From a candidate division WOR-3 bacterium (GTDB taxonomy: Bacteria; Hydrothermota; Hydrothermia; LBFQ01): a DNA stretch of 64,000 bases. The notes beneath the pieces were generated by a model, which worked only from the letters and a program-made list of their open reading frames with translations, was not told where the DNA came from and made no database searches. The translations under genes were made by a program, and so were the position numbers. Each line of letters begins with the position of its first letter. Position 1 is the stretch's first letter. The stretch spans positions 224,001 to 288,000 of the forward strand of contig JBDRWW010000002.1 in NCBI GenBank assembly GCA_039802605.1, read 5' to 3'. Shown here one piece after another: positions 49,459 to 59,750 of this stretch.

Positions 49459-50416
49459 AAAATTTCCCGACCAATTAAGATACGATCCGCAAATTGAAGG
49501 GGATTTGTTTGAATATACTTATGGTAAGGTGTTTGTTGCGGGTATGGGCGGTTCGGGTGCGGTGGCGGATTTCTTAGTCGATTGGTTGGATAAAGAGATA
49601 ATACCCGTAAAGGGGTACAATTTGCCGGGTTTTGCCGTTGAGGGGGATTTGGTAATACTCATAAGTTATTCCGGGAATACAGAGGAAACCGTTTCCGTTT
49701 TTGAGGAGGTTTTAAAGAAGGGTTTGAAGTGTATATGCATATCATCGGGCGGTAAATTGATGGAATTGTCCTTAAACGAGGGATTTCCCTTTTTAAAGGT
49801 TCCCGAAGGGTATCAACCAAGGGAGGCTTACGGATTTTTAATATCGGCATCCGTAAAGGCTTTGAAATCCGTAGGGTATATAGATGAGAAAGGCTATAAA
49901 GAATTCTTGGAATCCCGTGAAAGGTTAGGCGGATACATTTCGGAGTTATCCTATGAAAATTCCGAAACATACGAAATTGCATCAAAGATATACAAGAGGC
50001 TACCCTTTATATATTCGCAGTTTCAATCCGTAGCGGTTAGGTGGAAAAATCAGATAAACGAAAACGCCAATAACTTTGCACATGTTTCCCTTTTTCCGGA
50101 ACACAACCACAACGAGATTGAGGGGTTTGATTTCCCCGAATTTATTAAGGATAAATCTTGGATAATATTTCTGAGGACGGACTACGATCATCCGAGGGTG
50201 AAGCTGAGAATGGATATAGTTAAGGAGATTTTAAGGGATAATGTTGTGGGGTTCTCGGAGATATGGGCAAAGGGGGAAAGCAAGGTGGAACAACTGCTTT
50301 ATCTAATTTGGTATGGGGATTTTGTCAGTTATTGGCTCGCATTACAAAATTCAACCGACCCCTATAGGATAGATAGGATTAAAACCCTTAAAAACGCATT
50401 GGGGGATAACCGATAA
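49442..50416 (+). CDS. Bifunctional phosphoglucose/phosphomannose isomerase
   Basis: GMGGSG, SYSGNTEET, SGG, QPR, RWKNQINENA, PEHNHNEI. Confidence 0.93.
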   Translation: MLENIKKFPDQLRYDPQIEGDLFEYTYGKVFVAGMGGSGAVADFLVDWLDKEIIPVKGYNLPGFAVEGDLVILISYSGNTEETVSVFEEVLKKGLKCICISSGGKLMELSLNEGFPFLKVPEGYQPREAYGFLISASVKALKSVGYIDEKGYKEFLESRERLGGYISELSYENSETYEIASKIYKRLPFIYSQFQSVAVRWKNQINENANNFAHVSLFPEHNHNEIEGFDFPEFIKDKSWIIFLRTDYDHPRVKLRMDIVKEILRDNVVGFSEIWAKGESKVEQLLYLIWYGDFVSYWLALQNSTDPYRIDRIKTLKNALGDNR

Positions 50417-50442
50417 ATTAAACCCCAGTAAAATATCCACTC

Positions 50443-50515
50443 GGGCGGTTAGCTCAGCGGTGAGAGCACCGGTCTTACAAACCGGGGGTCGGAGGTTCGA
50501 ATCCTCCACCGCCCA
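50443..50515 (+). tRNA. tRNA-Val(TAC), CCA not encoded
   Basis: GGGCGGT acceptor, AGCTCAG D-arm, ccggt-ct-TAC-aa-accgg, GGTTCGAATCC T-arm, discriminator A. Confidence 0.96.
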
Positions 50516-50516
50516 T

Positions 50517-50798
50517 TTGGTAGGCGATATTGTAATAAAAATTGACGAGAAAGCGGTAGAATTTATAAAAGAAAAGGGTGGAAGGGTTTGGGTTAAAATC
50601 GTTTGCATAAGTGGATGTTGCGGATTGGAGGGGTTTGAACCCCAATTCTCGTTTAATGAGGAAAGTGGGGATTGGGTTGAGTACGATTACGATGGTATAA
50701 AGGTCTATCTGCATCCGAGCATTTTAAGGTTTAGGAAATTGGTTATAGGGCTTCAAAAGGTTTTTGGGTTTAAGAGTTTAATGGGATATGTCGCTTAG
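50517..50798 (+). CDS. HesB/IscA-like small protein with CxxGCC motif
   Basis: IKIDEKA.EFI...CISGCCG...DGIKVY; TTG at 50517 is the only plausible standard start outside the tRNA. Confidence 0.7.
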   Translation: MVGDIVIKIDEKAVEFIKEKGGRVWVKIVCISGCCGLEGFEPQFSFNEESGDWVEYDYDGIKVYLHPSILRFRKLVIGLQKVFGFKSLMGYVA

Positions 50799-51977
50799 CC
50801 TTTTTGCCACAATGCCCACGCATATCATTAAGGGTGCTATGTGGATGTAGTATATAAGGATTGTTGTTGTCAGGGAAGTTATTAAAAAGGATGTAAAGAG
50901 CAGTAATGTGAAAAAGGCAAAATCATCCTTCCTGAGAACCCCTTTTAAAACAATCGCAAAGGAGTATATTAAAAGGGCAAGATATATAGTAAAACCAAAA
51001 ATGCCCATTTTCCAAAGCACGGTAATAAAAGAGCTATCAACAAAATTCACGATTTTTCCTTCTATCCACCTCGTCAGCATATCAAATTCCGTTTGCCCAA
51101 AAAAGGGACTTAGATAAAACCTTTGGAAAGCCAAAGAGTAGTCGTAAATCCTTATTTGCGCCGCGGGGTCGTATATGGTTTCGGAAGGGGTAAAAAGCGT
51201 TGAGATTCTCAAAAAAACATATATTAAAAACGCATATCCAAACATCGCGTATCCCATACCCAAACCCAACAAACCGGTTATGGAAAGGGTTCCAAATGCG
51301 TTTATGATATAACTTTTAATACTTTTACCCTTAAAAGCCGCATATATAAAAATTAAAGCGGTTAAAACGCCTAAGGATATATAGTTTGTCCTATTTCCGA
51401 ACAAAACAATGCAAACCAACGAAATAAACGCCGCAAGAAAATACAAAATCTTCCTTATCCCACTTTTTTCCTCGGACATCAAATAAACGGAAATCGCAAA
51501 TATGAAGGGCGTATAGAACACATTCCTATAACCAAACCGAAATGTGGGGTTATACTCTTTGAAAATATCAACTATGATTTCTAAAAGTATAAACACGCTT
51601 GAAGCCATAAAAATAAAGGGTAAAACTTTGGGAACCTCCCTTTTATCCGCAAATATTCCGAGGAAATAGGAAGCAAACAAAAAAGGTATAAACCTGTGCT
51701 CGTCCAATCTTAGGGTTTTTTCCAAACCAAGGGCGCTTATGATGGAAAGTATATATGTCATCAGGAACGCGATTACCAAATAATTTAAAATGTTATCCCC
51801 CTTGGGTAAAGGTAAAAATGCCAAGTTCCAAAAAATGCCAAAAAATACGATAAATATAATAAAATAAACCACCAAAACCGCTCTATATCCGAAAACCTCG
51901 GAGGGATGGGGGTTTATTAAGGCCAAAAATAATACGGTTAAGGGTATTAAGTTTTCAATTCGTCGTAAGTTCCCCAT
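50778..51977 (-). CDS. O-antigen ligase / Wzy-like membrane protein
   Basis: Multi-TM; GNRT, AQIR, SPFFG, DS.F...LWKMGIFG; start uncertain. Confidence 0.7.
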   Translation of the reverse strand: MGNLRRIENLIPLTVLFLALINPHPSEVFGYRAVLVVYFIIFIVFFGIFWNLAFLPLPKGDNILNYLVIAFLMTYILSIISALGLEKTLRLDEHRFIPFLFASYFLGIFADKREVPKVLPFIFMASSVFILLEIIVDIFKEYNPTFRFGYRNVFYTPFIFAISVYLMSEEKSGIRKILYFLAAFISLVCIVLFGNRTNYISLGVLTALIFIYAAFKGKSIKSYIINAFGTLSITGLLGLGMGYAMFGYAFLIYVFLRISTLFTPSETIYDPAAQIRIYDYSLAFQRFYLSPFFGQTEFDMLTRWIEGKIVNFVDSSFITVLWKMGIFGFTIYLALLIYSFAIVLKGVLRKDDFAFFTLLLFTSFLITSLTTTILIYYIHIAPLMICVGIVAKRLSDISH

Positions 51978-53533
51978 ACTTCCCTCAAAGCATCGGATAT
52001 CTCCCCCAGCGTTGCCCCCTCTTTTGCGCATTCAAAAATATAAGGCATAAGGTTTTCGGAGGTTTTTGCCTTTTGTTTTAAAGTTTTAAGGGCTTCTAAG
52101 AAGCCCCTACCCCTTCTGGATTTATATTCCTTTACCCTTCTCCTCTGCTCCTCTTGAACCTCTTCGGGTAGGGTAAAGATCTCTATTTTTTGCTCCTCAA
52201 ATTTATCGGATTTAAAGGCATTTACACCAACCACCACCCTTTCCCCACTTTCCACTTCCATTTGATATTTGTACGCGCTTTCCTCTATTTCCTTTTGGAA
52301 AAACCCCATTTTTACGGCCTCTACTGCTCCCCCAAGGGAATCAATCTTATCCAAATATTCCCAAACCCGGTTTTCTATTTCGTTTGTAAGGCTCTCTATG
52401 AAATATGAACCGGCTAATGGATCCACCGTATCGGGTATATCCGTTTCATATGCTATTATTTGCTGCGTTCTTAGGGCCAACAACACGGATTGTTCCGTTG
52501 GTAGAGAAAGGGCTTCATCGTAGGAATTGGTATGTAGGGACTGGGTTCCCCCGAGAACGGCGGCCAGGGCTTCAATTGTCGTTCTTATGATATTGTTTAA
52601 GGGTTCCTGGGCAACCAAGGATGAACCGGCGGTTTGCGTATGAAACCTTAACATCATACTATTCGGGTTTTTGGCTTTAAAGCGCTCTTTCATTATCTTG
52701 TACCAAATCCTCCTCGCCGCTCTAAACTTTGCAATCTCTTCAAAAAAGTTTATCTGGGCGTTGAAGAAAAAGGAAAGTCTTGGTGCAAACTCATCAACAT
52801 CCATTCCCCTCTTTAAAACCTCTTCAACATACGCGATGGCATCCGCAAATGTAAATGCCAATTCCTGTACGGAATTCGCCCCCGCCTCCCTATAATGATA
52901 CCCCGATATTGATATGGAATTCCACTTTGGCATGTGCTTTGCCGCAAATTCTATTATATCACCCACGAGTCTCATCGACGGCTCTACTGGATAAATGTAA
53001 TTCCCCCTTGCCGCAAACTCTTTTAGTATATCGTTTTGAACCGTTCCCGATAGGTTTTTTCTGTTTGCACCTTTACCCTCCGCAACGAGAGTGTAAAAGG
53101 CCAATATTATACCCGCCGTAGCGTTTATGGTCATAGATGTTGAAACCTTTTCCTGATCTATAAACTCAAACACCTCTGCCATATCCTCAATTGTTGAAAT
53201 TGAAACCCCCGTCCTCCCTATTTCCCCTTCCGCCATTGGATGGTCGGCGTCGTATCCCAGTTGAGTGGGTAGATCAAAGGCTAAGGAAAGTCCGGTTTGC
53301 CCTTGGGATAAGAGATATTTAAACCTTTCGTTTGTCTGTTTTGCCGTACCAAAACCCGCATACTGCCTCATCGTCCAAACCTTTCCCCTATACATATTGG
53401 GATATACCCCCCTCGTGAAGGGTGGTTGTCCGGGGAGTCCAAGGGCTTCTTTGGGATTAAAATCCTTTAAATCCTCTTCGGTATAAACCTCTTTAAATTT
53501 GTATCCAAATGTGGTTTCAAACTTCTTTTTCAT
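51947..53533 (-). CDS. Methylmalonyl-CoA mutase, substrate-binding (large) subunit
   Basis: PFTRG.Y, WTMRQYAGF (Tyr points to MCM rather than ICM), AFDLPTQ, QNDILKE, GGTQSLHTN; no B12-binding domain. Confidence 0.92.
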   Translation of the reverse strand: MKKKFETTFGYKFKEVYTEEDLKDFNPKEALGLPGQPPFTRGVYPNMYRGKVWTMRQYAGFGTAKQTNERFKYLLSQGQTGLSLAFDLPTQLGYDADHPMAEGEIGRTGVSISTIEDMAEVFEFIDQEKVSTSMTINATAGIILAFYTLVAEGKGANRKNLSGTVQNDILKEFAARGNYIYPVEPSMRLVGDIIEFAAKHMPKWNSISISGYHYREAGANSVQELAFTFADAIAYVEEVLKRGMDVDEFAPRLSFFFNAQINFFEEIAKFRAARRIWYKIMKERFKAKNPNSMMLRFHTQTAGSSLVAQEPLNNIIRTTIEALAAVLGGTQSLHTNSYDEALSLPTEQSVLLALRTQQIIAYETDIPDTVDPLAGSYFIESLTNEIENRVWEYLDKIDSLGGAVEAVKMGFFQKEIEESAYKYQMEVESGERVVVGVNAFKSDKFEEQKIEIFTLPEEVQEEQRRRVKEYKSRRGRGFLEALKTLKQKAKTSENLMPYIFECAKEGATLGEISDALREVWGTYDELKT

Positions 53534-54474
53534 AGGAATAGTTGGCTTACAGAGCCACCTTTATGTATCCTCTTTATAGCCTCGGCCAAGAGCTGTGATA
53601 TGTCAAGGGTTATGATTTTGCTGGGTAATTCTTTGTTATGGTTAATGGTATTTGTTATAACCACGCTTTCCGCCGGGCAGTTTGCTAACTTTTCAAGGGC
53701 ATCGCCGGAGAACAATCCGTGGGTTGCCATTATTATAATCCTGTTTGCACCCTCGTTTTTTAAAGCAAATGTGGCGTTTGAAATGGTTGTAGCGGTATCA
53801 ATTATATCGTCTATGAGCAAAACATTTTTCTCCTTAACATCCCCTATAACCCTTACAACTTCGGCAACATTGGGTTTTGGTCTCCTCTTATCAATTAATG
53901 CAATGGGTAAATTCCAAAGTTTTTCGGCAATGGTCCTTGCCCTCTTTATTCCCCCAACATCCGGAGAAACTATTATCCATTCATCCGGATTTAAACCCAA
54001 TGGAAACTCGGATTGTAAATACCTTTTAAATATTGGGGTGGCATAGAGGTTATCCACGGGTATATCAAAAAAACCCTGGATTTGATCCGCGTGTAAATCA
54101 ACGGTTAAAACCCTGTCAAAACCCGAAGATTCAACGAGTTTTGCGATGAGTTTGGCGGATATCGGAACCCTCGGTTTATCCTTTCTATCCTGACGGGCAT
54201 ATCCAAAATACGGAATCACGGCGGTTATTCGGGCGGCAGATGCCCTCCTCGCCGCATCCGCCAAAAGCAAAAGTTCCAATATGTTTTCCGCCGGTGGATT
54301 TGTCGATTGAATTATAAAAACATCATCCCCCCTAACGCTTTCCTCAATTTGTACGAAGATTTCCCCATCCGCAAACCTGCTAACCGTATGCTTTGTCGGT
54401 TCTATACCCAACTCTTCGCATATACCAAGCATTAAATTCCTATTTGAATTACCCCCAAGTATTTTGATTTCCAA
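53530..54474 (-). CDS. prs: Ribose-phosphate pyrophosphokinase
   Basis: FADGE, PYFGYARQDRK, DLHA.QIQGFF, SPDVGG, DKRR, DDIIDT. Confidence 0.97.
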   Translation of the reverse strand: MEIKILGGNSNRNLMLGICEELGIEPTKHTVSRFADGEIFVQIEESVRGDDVFIIQSTNPPAENILELLLLADAARRASAARITAVIPYFGYARQDRKDKPRVPISAKLIAKLVESSGFDRVLTVDLHADQIQGFFDIPVDNLYATPIFKRYLQSEFPLGLNPDEWIIVSPDVGGIKRARTIAEKLWNLPIALIDKRRPKPNVAEVVRVIGDVKEKNVLLIDDIIDTATTISNATFALKNEGANRIIIMATHGLFSGDALEKLANCPAESVVITNTINHNKELPSKIITLDISQLLAEAIKRIHKGGSVSQLFL

Positions 54475-54475
54475 A

Positions 54476-54562
54476 CGGAGAGGGTGGGATTTGAACCCAC
54501 GAGGGGCTTACGCCCCTACGCGATTTCGAATCGCGCCCCTTCGGCCGCTCGGGCACCTCTCC
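54476..54562 (-). tRNA. tRNA-Ser(CGA), CCA not encoded
   Basis: GGAGAGG acceptor, cgcga-tt-CGA-aa-tcgcg, long variable arm, GGTTCAAATCC, discriminator G. Confidence 0.96.
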
Positions 54563-54622
54563 GTAAAGCGAATATTTTAAAGTCGTAAATATTAATGCCA
54601 TCACCCCCTTAAAATTCCCGTC

Positions 54623-55618
54623 TTGCCGGTATCCGTAATAATTCCCGTTAGAAACGAAAGGGATAACATAATGGGTGTAATTGACAGCGTAAAGGGGGCG
54701 CTAAAAAATTCCCAATTGAATTTTGAAATCGTTATTGTTGATGATAACTCTACGGATGGGACATATGAAATTTTAAAGGGGTTGGAAGACATTAAACTTA
54801 TCAGGATTACCGAAAAACCCCAAACGGCCGTTGGGAAAAATTTCGCTTTATGGAAGGGTTTTAAGGTATCAAAAGGGGATGTGTTGCTCTTTTTGGATGC
54901 GGATGTTAAACTTGAACAAAGTTCATTGGAAAGAATACTTCCATTTTTAAGGGATTACGACTTGGTTTCCGTAAGTCCAAGACAAGAAACGGGTTCTCCC
55001 TTTGAGGCTTCTTTACAACCCTTTGTTTTTAAATTTTTATCTTCAATTTATCCCCTTGAAAGGATTAAAGACCCCAAGAGTTCGGTGGCGGCGGCAAACG
55101 GACAGTTTATACTCATTAAAAGGGGGGTTTATGAGAAGGTTTGCGGGCATAAGGCGGTTATATCGCAAATATTGGAAGATGTGGAATTCGCGAGGAATGT
55201 TAAATTATCGGGTTTTAGGATACTACTTTTAAACGGGAAGGATTACGGGGTAAGGTGTAGGATGTATAAGGGTTTTAAAGATCTGATAAACGGATGGTCA
55301 AAAAACCTGTTTCTTCTATCTTACAAAAAACTCTATTTACCTTTGACCTTTGGATTTATGCACCTGTTTGAAGCCTTGGCAATAGTGTTTTTAACGGTTT
55401 ATTTTGCATTTGTGGGTGAATACGGCTTAGCCTCCGGGGTTTTTCTTTTGGGTAATTTGTACACATTTTACGCATTCCGAAACCATTACCAGTTCTATAC
55501 GGTTATACACTTATTGGTGGGCTCATTGTTGTTTATATTTGTCTCTCTGAGGTCATACTATTGGATTAAGTTTAAAGGTGCGGTCTATTGGAAGGGTAGA
55601 TGGGTAAAAATACATTAA
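54623..55618 (+). CDS. GT2 glycosyltransferase (carotenoid/hopanoid glycosyltransferase-like)
   Basis: IIPVRNE, VDDNSTDGT, GKNFA, FLDADV, AANGQF, EDV, RMY...GWSKN, C-terminal WKGR. Confidence 0.82.
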   Translation: MPVSVIIPVRNERDNIMGVIDSVKGALKNSQLNFEIVIVDDNSTDGTYEILKGLEDIKLIRITEKPQTAVGKNFALWKGFKVSKGDVLLFLDADVKLEQSSLERILPFLRDYDLVSVSPRQETGSPFEASLQPFVFKFLSSIYPLERIKDPKSSVAAANGQFILIKRGVYEKVCGHKAVISQILEDVEFARNVKLSGFRILLLNGKDYGVRCRMYKGFKDLINGWSKNLFLLSYKKLYLPLTFGFMHLFEALAIVFLTVYFAFVGEYGLASGVFLLGNLYTFYAFRNHYQFYTVIHLLVGSLLFIFVSLRSYYWIKFKGAVYWKGRWVKIH

Positions 55619-55653
55619 TTGTTTTCCCCCTTATAATACATACCTTTTGCATT

Positions 55654-56379
55654 ATGGAAAACATCGGTTTCACCGTTGGAGGTATGGCTATTTCCTTTAC
55701 AGCCGGGGTGCTATCGTTTTTATCTCCCTGTGTTTTGCCGTTAGTTCCGGCATATTTGGGCTATGTTTCCGGTTTAAGCGTTGCTGAATTGAAGTCTGGT
55801 AAAGGTGGTGGGAGACTGTTGGCGGGTATAATATCCTTTGTATTGGGGTTTTCCGTTGTATTTACACTCATGGGATTAACCGCATCCGCGGTTGGCGTAT
55901 TCTTGGCAAAAAACAAAAGCGTAATAGGGTTATTGGCCGGTATCCTCCTTATTATTTTCGGCGTTCATCTTATTGGAATAATAAGGATTCCTATACTTGA
56001 TTACGAGAGAAGGGCGGAATTTCAGGCAAAAACTGCCAATATATTTGTATCATTCCTTATGGGTGCCGCCTTTGCATTCGGTTGGACGCCCTGTATAGGC
56101 CCTACCCTTTCGGGGATATTGGCACTTGCCGCCGTTTCGGATACCATATGGCAAGGAGGGGTTCTGCTTTTCATATATTCCCTGGGTTTGGGGATACCCT
56201 TTATACTTTCGGGGATATTTGCCGGAAAAATATTTGGATTCATATCAAGAACCAGAAGGGCTTTGAGGTGGTTTGAGATAATTTCGGGAATACTTTTGAT
56301 TATCCTCGGAATCCTCCTAATTACGGGTTGGATACAGTATATATCTTACATTATGCCGCAATGGGAGTTGCCGCTATGA
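55654..56379 (+). CDS. ccdA: Cytochrome c biogenesis protein CcdA
   Basis: SFLSPCVLPLVP.Y, FGWTPCIGP, YSLGLGIPF. Confidence 0.93.
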   Translation: MENIGFTVGGMAISFTAGVLSFLSPCVLPLVPAYLGYVSGLSVAELKSGKGGGRLLAGIISFVLGFSVVFTLMGLTASAVGVFLAKNKSVIGLLAGILLIIFGVHLIGIIRIPILDYERRAEFQAKTANIFVSFLMGAAFAFGWTPCIGPTLSGILALAAVSDTIWQGGVLLFIYSLGLGIPFILSGIFAGKIFGFISRTRRALRWFEIISGILLIILGILLITGWIQYISYIMPQWELPL

Positions 56380-56648
56380 AAAGGGTTAGCGATGCCCTTT
56401 TGGGCGTATTAAAACACTTAAAGGCCGAAGGCGTTTTGAATTCCATAAGGATAATAAAGGTTGCCAAAAGGGTTTTAAAGCCCTATGAATGCGATGTTTT
56501 ATCATATGATAGGGGTATATTATTCGTTTGGACGGCAAAACCCGAAAGGAGGTTTGAAATACAGGCGAAAAAAACGGAAATCGTTGGGGTAATAAACGCG
56601 TTTTTAGGTGAAAATGTCGTTAAAGATATAAAGTTTAGGAAGAAATGA
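56376..56648 (+). CDS. DciA / DUF721-like protein
   Basis: MKRVSD.L...GILFV...I...IN..LGE..VKDIKF; ATGA-coupled to ccdA. Confidence 0.6.
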   Translation: MKRVSDALLGVLKHLKAEGVLNSIRIIKVAKRVLKPYECDVLSYDRGILFVWTAKPERRFEIQAKKTEIVGVINAFLGENVVKDIKFRKK

Positions 56649-57664
56649 AGTTCATAGACCTTAGAAGCGATACGGTAACCAAACCCACGCCGGAGATGAG
56701 AAAGGCAATGTTTGAGGCGGAAGTGGGCGATGATGTTTTGGGCGAAGACCCAACGGTGAAGGAATTGGAAAGGTTGGCCGCTGATATGTTTGGTAAAGAG
56801 GAGGCGTTATTTTTCCCGTCGGGATCAATGGCAAACGCAACGGCCGTAAAGGTCCATACAAATGAGGGGGATGAGGTGATAGTTGAAGAGAGGAGCCATA
56901 TATACCTTATGGAAATGGGGCATTTGGCCTTTATTTCAAGGGTTATTCCGAGACCCGTTGGGTCTTATAGGGGAAATATGGATTTGGATGAAATAAAGAA
57001 GGCTATAAGGGGAAACAGGCCCTATGTTCCAAAAACTTCCCTTATATGTATTGAAAATACGCATAACTATTGGGGTGGTGCCGTTGTAGATATTGATAAC
57101 ATAAAAAGTATTTGGGGGTTGGCCAAGGAAAACGGTTTAAAGGTTCATATCGACGGTGCGAGGATATTCAACGCTTCCGCCCATTCCGGAATATCCGTTA
57201 AGGAATACGCCAAGTATTGTGATTCCTTAATGTTCAGTTTATCAAAGGGGTTATGCGCCCCAATAGGTTCAATGCTGGTGGGTTCTAAGGACTTTATAGA
57301 AAAGGCGAGGAGGATAAGGAAGTTGCTGGGTGGTGGTATGAGGCAGGTGGGCGTTATTGCGGCAGCCGGAATAGTGGCATTAACAAAAATGGTTGATAGG
57401 ATTAAAGAGGATCACGAAAAGGCCAAAATGTTCTGTGAGGTTTTGAGGGATGCGGGTTGTGAAATAAACCCGGAGGATTTCCCAACGAATATAGTGATTT
57501 TAAAGGTGGACGATGCCCAAAGGTTCGTTGAAAGGTTAAAGGGAAACGGTGTCTTGGCCTTACCTATAAGTCCCACAGAGGTTAGATTTGTATTCCATAA
57601 CGATGTTAGTTTTGAAGATGTTAAAAAAGGAGGTGAAATATGCGCGAAGTTGTTGAAGAGCTAG
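56645..57664 (+). CDS. ltaE: Low-specificity L-threonine aldolase
   Basis: [46 protein letters not shown]. Confidence 0.95.
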   Translation: MKFIDLRSDTVTKPTPEMRKAMFEAEVGDDVLGEDPTVKELERLAADMFGKEEALFFPSGSMANATAVKVHTNEGDEVIVEERSHIYLMEMGHLAFISRVIPRPVGSYRGNMDLDEIKKAIRGNRPYVPKTSLICIENTHNYWGGAVVDIDNIKSIWGLAKENGLKVHIDGARIFNASAHSGISVKEYAKYCDSLMFSLSKGLCAPIGSMLVGSKDFIEKARRIRKLLGGGMRQVGVIAAAGIVALTKMVDRIKEDHEKAKMFCEVLRDAGCEINPEDFPTNIVILKVDDAQRFVERLKGNGVLALPISPTEVRFVFHNDVSFEDVKKGGEICAKLLKS

Positions 57665-58557
57665 GAACAAAAACGGGGCTTGTGATTTTAAAGAGGGAAG
57701 TTTTTGAGGATCCGGTTATGTATTCATACTTTTACAATGGTCAGAGAGTATTCTCGCAGAGTTTTCTATATAAGCCCAAGTGGTGGGAAGGGATCTTAAC
57801 GGAAGAAGAGGTTGATCTGAATTTCGGTAAAAATCTATTCAGGGTTGCGGCGGATAAAATTGGTTTTGAAAAACTTATGGAACACCTGAAAGATTATAGT
57901 AAAAAAGTTGAAGAAACCGTTAAAAAGGAGATTAGTGTGAACGGTTGGAAGGTAAAAGCGGAGTTTGTAGAATACGATGAGGAATACATTGAAAGCATGT
58001 TCGGAATATCTGCAAAAAGACTACCCGATGAATTGGTTAAACTCAGAAATGCCGGTATTATGTATCATGAAATTACGGAACCACCCGTAAAAAAGCCCAA
58101 TCCCTTAATTTTGGTGTGTCCCTACAATATTGAAATCTATGTTTATTCAAAATCGGAAAATAGATATTGCAAGGCAATAATCCAAGATCCCGAGAAAATG
58201 GAAAGATTGCTGGAATCTTGGGAGTTTGTTGAGGACTTGGATTTGAGTTTCGTAAAAAATTTGAGTATAGAGCAACCCTATCTGATTTACCCTATAAACG
58301 CAAGGGACGGAATAATTGCGAGGTACAGGAAAGGAAAGCTCTTAGATTACGAGATTATAACCCTAAAAGAAATCGTTTTCTATATTAAGCAGTACGTTCA
58401 GACCTTTTCAGAATTGATGGGCAGGGCGCTTGAAAAACTTCCCGTATATCTTCCTAAAAACGCCAAAATGGATATTATTAAGAAGTTTTTCTTAGAACAT
58501 CCGGAACCCGAAGAATTTAAACGGGCTATTCTTATCGAATACGGGGTTGAAATATGA
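57640..58557 (+). CDS. Hypothetical protein
   Basis: 305-aa ORF with SD GGAGGTG, ATGA-coupled to the next gene; no recognised motif. Confidence 0.7.
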   Translation: MREVVEELGTKTGLVILKREVFEDPVMYSYFYNGQRVFSQSFLYKPKWWEGILTEEEVDLNFGKNLFRVAADKIGFEKLMEHLKDYSKKVEETVKKEISVNGWKVKAEFVEYDEEYIESMFGISAKRLPDELVKLRNAGIMYHEITEPPVKKPNPLILVCPYNIEIYVYSKSENRYCKAIIQDPEKMERLLESWEFVEDLDLSFVKNLSIEQPYLIYPINARDGIIARYRKGKLLDYEIITLKEIVFYIKQYVQTFSELMGRALEKLPVYLPKNAKMDIIKKFFLEHPEPEEFKRAILIEYGVEI

Positions 58558-59750
58558 AAAAGCCTTTTGGACCTTTTGATTATACGGAATACGACCCCGA
58601 AACCGGGGTCATAAAAGCCTTTGGGGTACCATCAACCTTTCACTGCAATGTATTTAATTATTTCTTTCGCTTAGGCGTGGTTAACCTCTTGGGTGAAAGG
58701 GGAAGGGATCTCGTGTATGAATCATCTGAAATCGCACATTATAGGCTGTTCAAATCAACGGGACTTAAGGGGCAAGAACTACTCGATTTTGGCAAGGAAT
58801 ACTTTAAAAGTAGGGGTTTGGGTGTTCTTTCTTTTAAGAGCAAAAACGAAATTATTCTCTATAATTCAACGCACGGTCATACATCCATAATAATAGAAAA
58901 GAGGCATTCCGAAAAGCCATCCTGCGATGTTGAAAGGGGTTTCTTATCAGGCTTATTACACGCCGCCCTTGATGTGCCACTTGGAACCCTTCAAGTTGAG
59001 GAGTATGAGTGCATGGCAATGGGAAATCCCGCATGTAAGATGGAAGTAAAGGTTATAAACAAACCCAAAAGGTTTGAAGAACCCAACTATACGGATGAAA
59101 TATTTATAAGATTGGATGGTAAAATCCAAAAGGAAAAGATTGAAAAAATAAAACAAATTATGCCCGTCCCCGACGAATCGGGTGTATTGGCAATACCTTC
59201 AAGGTTCGCGGATATTAGAAAGGTTTGGGTAACACTCCTCCCCACGGAATATTACTCTAGGGTTAATTTAAAAATGTTTGAGCTTCTTGACGAAGAAAAA
59301 GCAAGGTATTATACAACTTTGGCGGGTTTTAATTGCGTTTCCTTTACATATATAAGTTTGTATCACACCCCTTTTGGAGAAATAGTTTGTGGCAACCTTG
59401 GAGAAAAAGATGAAATGGAAGCCCTAAGGTGTTTTATAGAGTTAAGTGATTATTTGGGTTTTGGAAGGGTTAAAACATCCTTTGAAAAGGTAAAAATAAC
59501 GCTTGATATATATAACTTTTATGACAACAATTATGCGTTAGCCTTAAAATCAAAGCCCAGATCCTACTTTGCAGCCGGCGCAATGCTGGCTTCAAAATTT
59601 GCCATATTAGATTTAAAAGCATATAAGGAAGACTTTAAGATGTCAGCCCTTGGTATATTCAACAAGTTTGATAATATTTATTACAATGCGGATTGGAAAA
59701 CGGAGTTTGATGAGAATAAGAGCCATCAAAGGGTAATAATAAATGTATGA
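58554..59750 (+). CDS. V4R (4-vinyl reductase/XylR_N-like) domain protein, apparently a duplicated domain
   Basis: HCN...RGLG...KPSC....GFLSG...VEEYECMAMGNPAC; second half has LGFG...YFAAG. Confidence 0.7.
   Translation: MKKPFGPFDYTEYDPETGVIKAFGVPSTFHCNVFNYFFRLGVVNLLGERGRDLVYESSEIAHYRLFKSTGLKGQELLDFGKEYFKSRGLGVLSFKSKNEIILYNSTHGHTSIIIEKRHSEKPSCDVERGFLSGLLHAALDVPLGTLQVEEYECMAMGNPACKMEVKVINKPKRFEEPNYTDEIFIRLDGKIQKEKIEKIKQIMPVPDESGVLAIPSRFADIRKVWVTLLPTEYYSRVNLKMFELLDEEKARYYTTLAGFNCVSFTYISLYHTPFGEIVCGNLGEKDEMEALRCFIELSDYLGFGRVKTSFEKVKITLDIYNFYDNNYALALKSKPRSYFAAGAMLASKFAILDLKAYKEDFKMSALGIFNKFDNIYYNADWKTEFDENKSHQRVIINV

Noticed and set aside
50460..50516. ORF-track start of the HesB-like gene and ORFs 50351-50608 / 50475-50714
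   Set aside because: They run through tRNA-Val and are translations of the tRNA sequence.
50517..50798. Selenoprotein (HesB-like)
   Set aside because: The motif is encoded GGA TGT TGC GGA with no in-frame TGA.
50443..54562. tRNAs as integration sites of an island
   Set aside because: No duplicated tRNA 3' end or integrase found; flanking genes are housekeeping.
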